From assembly GCA_945963595.1 (NCBI GenBank), contig CAMFMO010000004.1, forward strand, positions 7,131 to 71,130: DNA of 64,000 nucleotides. The letters run 5' to 3'. The notes beneath the pieces were generated by a model. That model saw only the letters and a program-made list of their open reading frames with translations, searched no databases and was not told the origin of the DNA. Shown piece after piece: positions 56,535-64,000 of this stretch. The translations under genes were made by a program, and so were the position numbers. The stretch is from an uncultured Clostridia bacterium. GTDB taxonomy: Bacteria; Bacillota; Clostridia; Oscillospirales; Oscillospiraceae. Within the stretch, counting starts at the first letter, position 1. The number at the start of each line of letters is the position of its first letter.

Positions 56535-57262
56535 GCCTGTCCCTCCGCCAGAAGATTCTCCATATCATACAGCCCGGCAGGCTTGCCCAGGACGAACCGG
56601 GCGGCCTCCACGGCCCCGTCGGCAAACATGGCCCGGTTGTGGGCCTCGTGGCGCAGCGTCAGGGTCTGGCTGGGGGTGCAGATGTGGATTTCGTGGACAC
56701 CCACCACATTGCCCATACGCAGAGAGGAAACGCCAATTTCCTCCTTGGTGCGCTTGCACTCCCCGGAACGGCCGCAGTGCTCCACGGCGTTGGGCCGGAC
56801 CTGCTTCACCGCCCGGAAGAGCATATGGGCGGTGCCGCTGGGGGCATCCACCTTCCGATTGTGGTGAATTTCCAGAATTTCAATATCCGCCTCCGGGAAG
56901 GCTGCGGCAGCCCGAGCGGCCAGGCGGCACAGCACCGCAATGCCCAGGCTCATATTCCCGGTGAAAAACACGGGGATTTTCTTGGCGGCCTCATAGATCA
57001 GCTGCTTTTCTTCCTCCGTATGGCCGGTGGTGCCGATGACAGCGGCGCAGTTCCGGGCCACGGCGTAGTGGAGTACGTCTGCCACGGCGCTATGGTGGGA
57101 GAAATCGATAACCACCTCTGGCTTCACGTCCGGCAGCTCAGAAAAGTGCTTGCAGGCGCCGTTTTCCCCGTCCACACTGACCTTTCCCACAGGGGCTTCT
57201 CCCAGGGCGGCACAGATCAGTTGCCCCATAGCGCCATTGGCGCCGCAGACAACCGCTCTCAT
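56531..57262 (-). CDS. dapB: 4-hydroxy-tetrahydrodipicolinate reductase
   Basis: GANGAMG, DFSH, IGTTG, EIHHNRKVDAPSGTA, SLRMGNVVGVHE. Confidence 0.96.
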   Translation of the reverse strand: MRAVVCGANGAMGQLICAALGEAPVGKVSVDGENGACKHFSELPDVKPEVVIDFSHHSAVADVLHYAVARNCAAVIGTTGHTEEEKQLIYEAAKKIPVFFTGNMSLGIAVLCRLAARAAAAFPEADIEILEIHHNRKVDAPSGTAHMLFRAVKQVRPNAVEHCGRSGECKRTKEEIGVSSLRMGNVVGVHEIHICTPSQTLTLRHEAHNRAMFADGAVEAARFVLGKPAGLYDMENLLAEGQA

Positions 57263-58146
57263 ACGTTCACCCCCTGCTTGCGCATTTCCGCAAAGAGCTT
57301 TGCACGGTTCTCGGGCTCCATGGGGGTCAGCGGCAGGCGGATATGCTCCTCGCCATAGCCCATGGCGCTGATGGCAGCCTTGGCGGGGATGGGGTTCACC
57401 TCACAGAACAGGTCGTTGATCAGCGGCAGAAGCTTGCACTGCCAGTCCGCGGCCTCCTGGACCCGGCCTGCAAAGAAGGCATCGGTCATGGCCACGGCCT
57501 GCCGGGGTACCACGTTGCTCAGCACGCTGATGGTGCCCATACCGCCCATGGCCAGCATGGGCACAGTGAGGCCATCCTCGCCGGAGTAGACGGTGATCTT
57601 GTCGCCGCACCGGGCGAACAGCTCCACCACCTGGCTCATATTGCCGCTGGCTTCCTTAATGGCGGCAATATTGGGGTGCTCTGCCAGTTTTTCCACCGTG
57701 GCCGGCAGCAGATTGCAGCCGGTACGGGATGGGACGTTGTAGAGGATAATGGGCTTGTCCACCTTGTCCGCAATGGTGGTGAAATGGGCAATGAGGCCGT
57801 TCTGGGTGGCCTTGTTATAGTAGGGGGTCACCACCAGCAGGGCATCTGCACCGGCTTGGGCGGCGCTGACAGAGAAGTTCACGGCGTGCTGGGTATTGTT
57901 GGTGCCGGTTCCGGCAATGACAGGCACCCGGCCCGCCACCCGGTCAATGGTAAAGGCGATGACCTTTTCCCGCTCCTCGGGGGTCAGGGTTGCGCTTTCA
58001 CCGGTGGTGCCCACGGCAACCAGCGCATTGATGCCGCTTTCCAGCTGGAAGTCAATAAACCGGCCAAGGGCTTCATAATCCACCCCTTCCGGGGTCATCG
58101 GTGTCACCATGGCCGTGGCCATGCCTTTGAAAATTGTTTTCTTCAT
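57259..58146 (-). CDS. dapA: 4-hydroxy-tetrahydrodipicolinate synthase
   Basis: GTTGES, PYYNK, LYNVPSRTG, IKEASG, NPIPAK. Confidence 0.97.
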   Translation of the reverse strand: MKKTIFKGMATAMVTPMTPEGVDYEALGRFIDFQLESGINALVAVGTTGESATLTPEEREKVIAFTIDRVAGRVPVIAGTGTNNTQHAVNFSVSAAQAGADALLVVTPYYNKATQNGLIAHFTTIADKVDKPIILYNVPSRTGCNLLPATVEKLAEHPNIAAIKEASGNMSQVVELFARCGDKITVYSGEDGLTVPMLAMGGMGTISVLSNVVPRQAVAMTDAFFAGRVQEAADWQCKLLPLINDLFCEVNPIPAKAAISAMGYGEEHIRLPLTPMEPENRAKLFAEMRKQGVNV

Positions 58147-58204
58147 AGGAATTCTCCTTTTCTAATATCGCAGTTCCCGCAAACCTTCCCCCAAGGAAGG
58201 CATT

Positions 58205-58855
58205 TTACCCTGCCGTCACCTGGCAGAAATAATCATATATCGGAATCAGCTGCTCCGTGAGCGTTCGCGCCCGATCGCCCAGGGCGGGGCCGAAGAGGTC
58301 TTCGCTGACTTCTTCATTCCGAATACAGCTGATATCCCCCTTCCAGGCGAAATAGGGCTCCAGCGCAGGGCTGGGGGCGGGCTTTGGGCGCTTGTAGCAC
58401 TCCGCCGTAACGGGGATGCCGGTGGTCTGCTCTGTCTTGCGCAGCAGCTCCAGGAAGGGCTCCGGGGCAGCGGCGATTTTTTGGCGGAAGGCATCCATGG
58501 TGGTCACCTTGGGCCTCCAAAGGGTGAAGCCGTAGCTGACCCCCTCCGGACGAATTTCAAAGAACAGGCAGGGATTTTCCGCCCACCAGTCCACATCCTG
58601 CCGGATGCAGCACCAGAGGCTTTCCTTATAGGGCAGCGGGTGGTGCAACCGGGCATCCCGATAGATGCGGGAGACCTTCAGAATGCTGCCCGGCTTTTCC
58701 AGGAACGGCTCAAAGAGCTGCTGCCCCAGCGCCTTCATGGGCGTATAAAGGGTATCTACATATTGTTTCTTGTGCTCCAGGAACCAGTCCCGGTTATTGT
58801 TCATGCGAATGCCCCAGAGAAAATCGATGGTTTCCGGGGTAAAACCTTCAAACAT
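58205..58855 (-). CDS. DUF2461 family protein
   Basis: FEGFTPETIDFL..IRMNNNRDWFLEHK..Y, SRIYRDAR...PYK. Confidence 0.85.
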   Translation of the reverse strand: MFEGFTPETIDFLWGIRMNNNRDWFLEHKKQYVDTLYTPMKALGQQLFEPFLEKPGSILKVSRIYRDARLHHPLPYKESLWCCIRQDVDWWAENPCLFFEIRPEGVSYGFTLWRPKVTTMDAFRQKIAAAPEPFLELLRKTEQTTGIPVTAECYKRPKPAPSPALEPYFAWKGDISCIRNEEVSEDLFGPALGDRARTLTEQLIPIYDYFCQVTAG

Positions 58856-58875
58856 AGTCTTTTTTCCTTCTTTGT

Positions 58876-59538
58876 TCAGCGTGCATATTCCGGTGGGTCG
58901 TTCATCCAGATCAGCTTGTTTTTCTTCTTTTCGGGGACCTCCCGGTCCGGAAGCTCCAGGGTGTAGCGCTCATAGGCGTTGATGACGGTGGTTTCGTTAT
59001 AGCTCAGTGCTCGGGGAATATTCTGGCCGTAGGTCATATGGACATGGCCGTGGACGTGGTAGGTAGGCTGATACTTGTCCAGGAAGGTCCGCAGGGAGGG
59101 GAAGCCCCAGTGGGCAACGTCCTCACTGTCCCCCAGCCCCTCGGCCGGGGCGTGGGTGACGAGGATATCAACGCCCCCTGCCTTGCGGATGGGCCAGCGC
59201 ATTTTCAGGATACGGCCCCGCATCTGCCGGTCCGTATACTGGTGGGCCCCGGGGTGGTACTTGAGGCAGCCGCCCAGGCCCATAATCCGCACGCCGTTGT
59301 ATTCCACCACGCGGCCGTCGATGCAGTCGCAGCCCTCCGGGGGCGTGCTATCGTAGCGGGTGTCGTGGTTTCCGTGGACATAGAGCACGGGGCACCTGGC
59401 CATGGTCACGAGAAAGCTCAGATAGCTGGCCTTCAGGTCCCCACAGGAGATGATCAGCTGGTAGTCGCTCAGCCGCCCCGGCACATAGTAGTCCCAGAGT
59501 GCGGGACATTCCTCGTCGGAAAGGAAGAGAATTTTCAT
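58876..59538 (-). CDS. Calcineurin-like metallophosphoesterase
   Basis: LSD, CGDL, GNHD, VTHAP, HGHVH; the start overlaps the upstream stop by 4 nt. Confidence 0.9.
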   Translation of the reverse strand: MKILFLSDEECPALWDYYVPGRLSDYQLIISCGDLKASYLSFLVTMARCPVLYVHGNHDTRYDSTPPEGCDCIDGRVVEYNGVRIMGLGGCLKYHPGAHQYTDRQMRGRILKMRWPIRKAGGVDILVTHAPAEGLGDSEDVAHWGFPSLRTFLDKYQPTYHVHGHVHMTYGQNIPRALSYNETTVINAYERYTLELPDREVPEKKKNKLIWMNDPPEYAR

Positions 59539-61466
59539 AGTTCGCCCTTCTTCCCGTAAATGCCCAGCTCCTTGACCATGGCCTGAGAAACGGGGAGAAT
59601 ATCCTCCTGTGCCGGAAGGCCGCCCAGCACATTGTCGCAGAGCCAGTCCATGTGCAGCAGCTCGTCCGGGGTGAAGCTGTGGGTGCCGTCGTTCTTCACA
59701 GTGCCGTCCTGGGCAGTAATCCGCCGGGCAAAGGGGTCAACCGTTCGGGTGGCCAGGCCCATCTGCAAGTACCTGGCCAGGGTCCGCAGACCCGTAGGCA
59801 GGCGGTCCGACAGGTTCACGGAAATGACCCCGCTGTCCATGCCCAACCAGTAGTTCAGGGCGGTGTAGCCGTTTTTTTCGTTTTTCCAGGTACCGGAGAA
59901 CATGGAATTAAGCACATATTCATAGAACTTGCCCCACACCCACACCGGAGAGCCCAGGGGAACCAATTCTCCTTTGTCGTCCATCAGATAGGTGCCGTAG
60001 CTGCAAAAGTCTAAATACATCCGGTTCTGCCCCGGTGCATCCCGGTTGGAGATGACTCGGATGCCGTCGGCGAAGAAATCCGCCTGGGGGTTGCCCGCCA
60101 CACAGGACCACCGCAGCTCAATCTGCACCCGGGGATTGGTCAGCTGGGCCCCCAGAGCGAAGGCATTGATATTGGCCAGCTGCCCATAGATGGGATAAGA
60201 GGCGATGTAGCCAATGCGGTTGTTCTGGGCCAAAGCGCCTGCAATGGCGCCGGTAATAAACTTGCCCTCGTAAACCCGGCCATAATAGGACCGGACGCTG
60301 GAATAAGGCTGGTCCACAGAGCAATTGAGAAACTGCACCTTGGGATATTCAATAGCGGCCTTCAGCGTAGGCGCCCGCAGCAGCGGGGCCGTGGTGAAAA
60401 CCACCTGGGCCCCATCTTTCACCGCCTCTTCCAGCAGCCGGGTGGCCTCCTCAGGGGTATCGGCATTGAAATAGCTGCGGACCGTGAGCTTATTGCCCAG
60501 CTTTTCCACAAGATATTCCTTGCCCTGCTCATGGCCCAGCACCCAGCCGCTGGTGGCCGGAGAAAGCTGGTGGACAAAGGCCACATTCAGATAGACCGGC
60601 GTGGCCAGCCGGGAGAAAATGCCGCTCTTTCCGGCTTCCGCCGTGGTCTGGACCTTGATGGAATCATGGCTGGCGGCGGAGACCATATCATAGCGCATGG
60701 CCGTCAGGGTCTTCCGGATTTCCGATACGGAAAACCGGCCCAAATCCTTATAGCTGTACAGCTGGAGCCACAGCAGCAGCGCCTCCTCCGGAAGCACATC
60801 CGCCTCCATAGGCCCCAGCTGGGAGAAGGCATCCCGGAAATAGGAGAAATAGGCGTTGAAGGTCCGCCGTTCGTCCTCCGTCCAGGCTTCCCCGGGGGCT
60901 TTGCCCACTGCGCGAAGCAGCTTGGCATAGTCGTCCGGTCTGCGGAACTGAACGGCGTAGAGCCCGCTGGCCTTGAAGAAGTCCAGGAATTCATAGTAGG
61001 CCTGAATGCGGGGGGTACCGTCCATGGGCGGAACAATCCGGCGCACCGTGGCAGGGATCCTCGGGGCTCCAAAATAGCGCAGCACAGACACCCGCTTGTT
61101 TCCCTCCTGGACATAGAAATTGCCCAGATACTCATAGCAGACAATGGGCTCCCGAATGCCCACCTCCCCCAGGTGGGCCACGCAGAGGTTCGCCCACTTG
61201 TTGGCAAACTCCGACTGAGGGCTCAGCAGCGGCAGAAAGCTGGGAGAAAAGGCGGTAATGCGCCCGGCGGACTTGGTGCCGATAATCCGCTGGGAGGGAA
61301 TCTCCAGCACACCCAGGTCCTGCACAACATCGGCGCTGTTTTCCGGCAGAATTTCGTCCAGTACCGCAGGATTCGTACTCTTCCCCCGGGCCGACAGCTC
61401 CGCAACCTCCCGCTGACCCAGCTTCAGCGCATGGGCATATTCATCCAGCCCCATTTCAATTCCCAT
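59535..61466 (-). CDS. ParB/Srx-like N-terminal domain fused to a BMP (PnrA-like) nucleoside-binding fold, no signal peptide
   Basis: Start MGIEMG at 61466; EPIVCYEYLGNFYVQEGNKRVSV (ParB/Srx-like); C-terminal VAFV...GW...HEQG, VVFTT, YEGKFITGAIAG, INAFALGA (BMP). Confidence 0.75.
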   Translation of the reverse strand: MGIEMGLDEYAHALKLGQREVAELSARGKSTNPAVLDEILPENSADVVQDLGVLEIPSQRIIGTKSAGRITAFSPSFLPLLSPQSEFANKWANLCVAHLGEVGIREPIVCYEYLGNFYVQEGNKRVSVLRYFGAPRIPATVRRIVPPMDGTPRIQAYYEFLDFFKASGLYAVQFRRPDDYAKLLRAVGKAPGEAWTEDERRTFNAYFSYFRDAFSQLGPMEADVLPEEALLLWLQLYSYKDLGRFSVSEIRKTLTAMRYDMVSAASHDSIKVQTTAEAGKSGIFSRLATPVYLNVAFVHQLSPATSGWVLGHEQGKEYLVEKLGNKLTVRSYFNADTPEEATRLLEEAVKDGAQVVFTTAPLLRAPTLKAAIEYPKVQFLNCSVDQPYSSVRSYYGRVYEGKFITGAIAGALAQNNRIGYIASYPIYGQLANINAFALGAQLTNPRVQIELRWSCVAGNPQADFFADGIRVISNRDAPGQNRMYLDFCSYGTYLMDDKGELVPLGSPVWVWGKFYEYVLNSMFSGTWKNEKNGYTALNYWLGMDSGVISVNLSDRLPTGLRTLARYLQMGLATRTVDPFARRITAQDGTVKNDGTHSFTPDELLHMDWLCDNVLGGLPAQEDILPVSQAMVKELGIYGKKGEL

Positions 61467-61637
61467 TGGCAGCGCCTCCTTGTCAAAAAGATACTTATAT
61501 AATACCCCATTTCCCGCCGAAAAGCAACTGCCATTCCCATTCCCCAGACCGAATCCGCCCCAGCAGGGCAAAAAAAGTGCTTGACAAATGAAAAATCTAT
61601 GCTATTATAAACAAGTTCCAGCAAGAACTGAATATCT

Positions 61638-61722
61638 GGGGGAATTCCCGAGTGGCCAAAGGGGACAGACTGTAAATCTGCTGCTTATAGCTTCGGTGGT
61701 TCGAATCCACCTTCCCCCACCA
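61638..61722 (+). tRNA. tRNA-Tyr(GTA)
   Basis: GGGGGAA...CAGA-CTGTAAA-TCTG, long variable arm, GGTTCGAATCC, TTCCCCC-ACCA. TTGACA and TG-n-TATTAT promoter at 61581-61608. Confidence 0.96.
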
Positions 61723-61896
61723 ATAAAAAGAGGACATCCGTAGGGTGTCCTCTTTTTATTGGTATCGAAAGCGGATTCGAACCCAATTAAATCCAACAGG
61801 CCAGTGGCCTATTGGGAAAACCAGTTCGCAAACTGGTTTCCGCCTTATTGCTTTGCCGTGCAAAGCAAGCCATCGAATCCACCTTCCCCCACCAAT
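61701..61896 (+). repeat. 24-bp direct repeat of the tRNA-Tyr 3' end enclosing a palindromic cassette (att-like)
   Basis: TCGAATCCACCTTCCCCCACCAAT at 61701-61724 and 61873-61896; inverted T-arm copy GGATTCGAAC at 61773-61782. Confidence 0.85.
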
Positions 61897-62129
61897 CCCG
61901 CACCAGTTTTGGTGCGGGATTTCTTTTGCTTTACGGGGAAAAGGCTGATTTTCTTACTCCAAAAGTTGGCGCTTTTTCTGCCAATTTCACTTTGACCGTA
62001 ACCGTGACCGTAACGCGAAAATTTTGCGGTCAGCAGCCGACAGCTACATGCCTTGTACGGAACGGATAAATTCCGTCATCCGCTTGGCGCTTTCCTTCTT
62101 CATGCCTGGTTTACGCGGCCATCAGCAAT

Positions 62130-63926
62130 ATGCAGACGGATACGGAGACGGCCAGAAGCATGCTGAGCGGCATTGACGACAGCGGGCTGAGCAGCGCGGC
62201 TTATGCACGGGCCATCCGGAACGCCTATTACCGGGGCATGAACGGGGTGAAATTTGAGGATACCCCGGGATATTCGGACGCGGCAAAGCTGCCGGAGACC
62301 CAGCGGAGAGCCGCCTGGGAGGCCGGAAAGCAGCGGCGGGCGGCAAAGGTGCAGGAACGGGAAGCTCTGATCGACAGTGGAAAGGCCGGGACGCGGGAAA
62401 GCGGCGTTACCATGCAGGAGAGCGCCAAGAGCATCCGGAACCTGAACAAGCAGCAGCAGACCGGCATGGCGGCGGCTGAAAGCAAGGGAATCAGCTATGA
62501 TTCTTTGCTTGCCCGGCAGTTGGCACGGCTTTCGGAGATGGAGGAATACAAAAATCTTTCCGAAACGGAATTGCAGGATATTGCCTACGACGAAACCATT
62601 GCCGAGATGAGCGAGACGATCCTGACGGACACGGACGCGGCCAGCCGGTTATCCCAGCAAATCTACAAACAGGACAGGACGCTGTGGCAGAAGATCAAGG
62701 ACTTTTTCACAGGGCTTGTGGAGAAGCTGCGCAGCGCCTACCGCGACAGTGACCCGGACAGCGACATCGGGCGGATGCTCAAGCGGGCGGTGCAGGACAA
62801 CGCGGAAATCGCCCAGGCCTGGGCCGAGGCGGTGGCAGAGGCCGGGGAGAACTACCAATTGCAGGACGGGCAAAAAAAGAACGCCCGGGAGGGCGCGAGG
62901 TTTAGCCTGCGGGGGACTACGGATGGTCAGACTGTGGCTGTGGTTGATGAAGACATTCTGAGCAATATTGATCTGACGCAGTGGAATAAGCAGACCAAGA
63001 AGAAGGTTCAGGCTGCGGCAAAGGAAGCTCTGAAAAAATTCAGTGACGGAATTGTGGTGGACGGCATTACCAGAAATGTCAACAAGGTAAGCCGAAATGA
63101 GTATACTGGGTCGAAGTATTCGGAAAAGATTTCGAAGACCATGCCGCAATTGTATGCAGACAAAATGCGGGCAGCCAGTGCGATTGATGACGTTGTTATT
63201 GCCGCAACTGACTGGGCACGTGACGGGAAACTTCTGCACCCGAGAACTGACAATTTTGTAGACTTTGACCACGGAAATGTTCTCATTGAAGCTGGTCGAA
63301 ACCAGTACGTAGCAGAAGTCGTTGTAGGCATTACCGACAGAGGAAACGCCGTGTTCTATGATGTCGTTGACATTCAACCAACGCAGTTCACAACAATAAA
63401 GGAAGAACCCTCACCCAACGTTACTACGAATAAATCGCCTGACATTGCATATGAGAGTTCTTCCGATAGCACTCTACCACAGCAGGCCGCAGAAGTCAAG
63501 GGAAATGTGCGGTATTCTGCACGGAACCAGACAGAGAGTAAGGAATTCAAGCGCTGGTTCGGTGACTGGCAGAATGCCCCGGCGAAGGCGAGCAAGGTCG
63601 TGAATGCGGACGGGACACCGAAGGTTATGTACCACGGGACCAATGCGGAGTTCACGGTATTTGATCGGGCACAGGGCAAAAAGAAAGTACACCTGAATGT
63701 TTTTGGCGACGGAAACTATTTTACCGCATTACGGGAAGGGGCCTCCAGATATGGAGCCAACGTTGTCGAGGCATATCTGGACATTAAGAATCCGTACGTC
63801 AAGAAAGATGGATTTAACACAGTCGCAGATCAGATTGCAAGCGAATTTGGAATTGCGCGAGATTCCATCAAGGGCAGCGATGTTTCTTCGTTCCTACGCC
63901 AGAGGGGATATGATGGCCGTTTATGA
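62130..63926 (+). pseudogene. Fragment of a phage/ICE large polyvalent protein (LPD3/PBECR-like domain plus a truncated ART-PolyVal-like domain)
   Basis: TLWQKIKDFF linker; KMRAAS...YVAEVVVGITDRGNAVFYDVVDI; WFGDW...SKVVNADGTPKVMYHGT...GNYFT...YGANVVEAYLDIKNPY...GYDG, then an abrupt stop. No SD and no clear N-terminus. Confidence 0.7.
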
Positions 63927-64000
63927 GTATCTGCATAAGCGGGCTATCGAGAAAGCCGGGGAGGTTGGGGCGTTGCAGGGGATGTATAGGCGATAAATGG

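Noticed and set aside
727-60014. Many long antisense or alternate-frame ORFs (e.g. 6308-9043, 11825-13510, 19624-21507, 34903-36549, 39094-40539)
   Set aside because: They mirror real genes on the opposite strand, as expected with high GC at third codon positions. They have no SD and no recognisable motifs.
63906-63996. Short terminal ORF MAVYEYLHKRAIEKAGEVGALQGMYRR
   Set aside because: Too short and too close to the window edge to assign; probably another fragment beyond the deletion junction.

Overview
Chromosomal segment from a GC-rich Clostridia-class firmicute (Oscillospiraceae-like; inferred from gene content and codon style, not from a search). Housekeeping genes: aspS, hisS, pta, minD, an mgsA homologue, dapA-dapB-dapF, cstA, a PpiC-type foldase, tRNA-Arg(CCG), tRNA-Leu(TAG) and tRNA-Tyr(GTA). 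Accessory blocks between them: a Phd/YefM-RelE/ParE toxin-antitoxin pair at the left edge; an ECF sigma with a four-domain anti-sigma; a dlt-like operon (adenylation enzyme, carrier protein, MBOAT, SGNH-like protein); a MacAB-like exporter with two adaptors; a TetR/methyltransferase/ZIP deletion mosaic; a 13.5-kb peptide uptake and hydrolysis cluster with a YheO-like regulator and RidA; an RNHCP gene; a broken adhesin; an AT-richer sugar-acid dehydratase island; a heterodimeric ABC exporter; and a phage-type polyvalent-protein fragment behind tRNA-Tyr. The most unusual signals are non-coding or sub-genic: (1) the same cassette architecture follows both tRNA-Arg and tRNA-Tyr, each with an inverted and a direct copy of that tRNA's own T-arm around a covarying AATTAAAT-hairpin core; (2) an orphan run of nine NAG triplets at exact 5-nt period, resembling a TRAP site; (3) a leader-peptide attenuator-like switch before the RNHCP gene; (4) a signal-less ParB/Srx-BMP fusion coupled to a metallophosphoesterase; (5) an MgsA homologue next to minD with its catalytic residues replaced. 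No CRISPR array, rRNA or intact integrase/transposase was seen. Family names come from recognising motifs by eye, and no database search was run.
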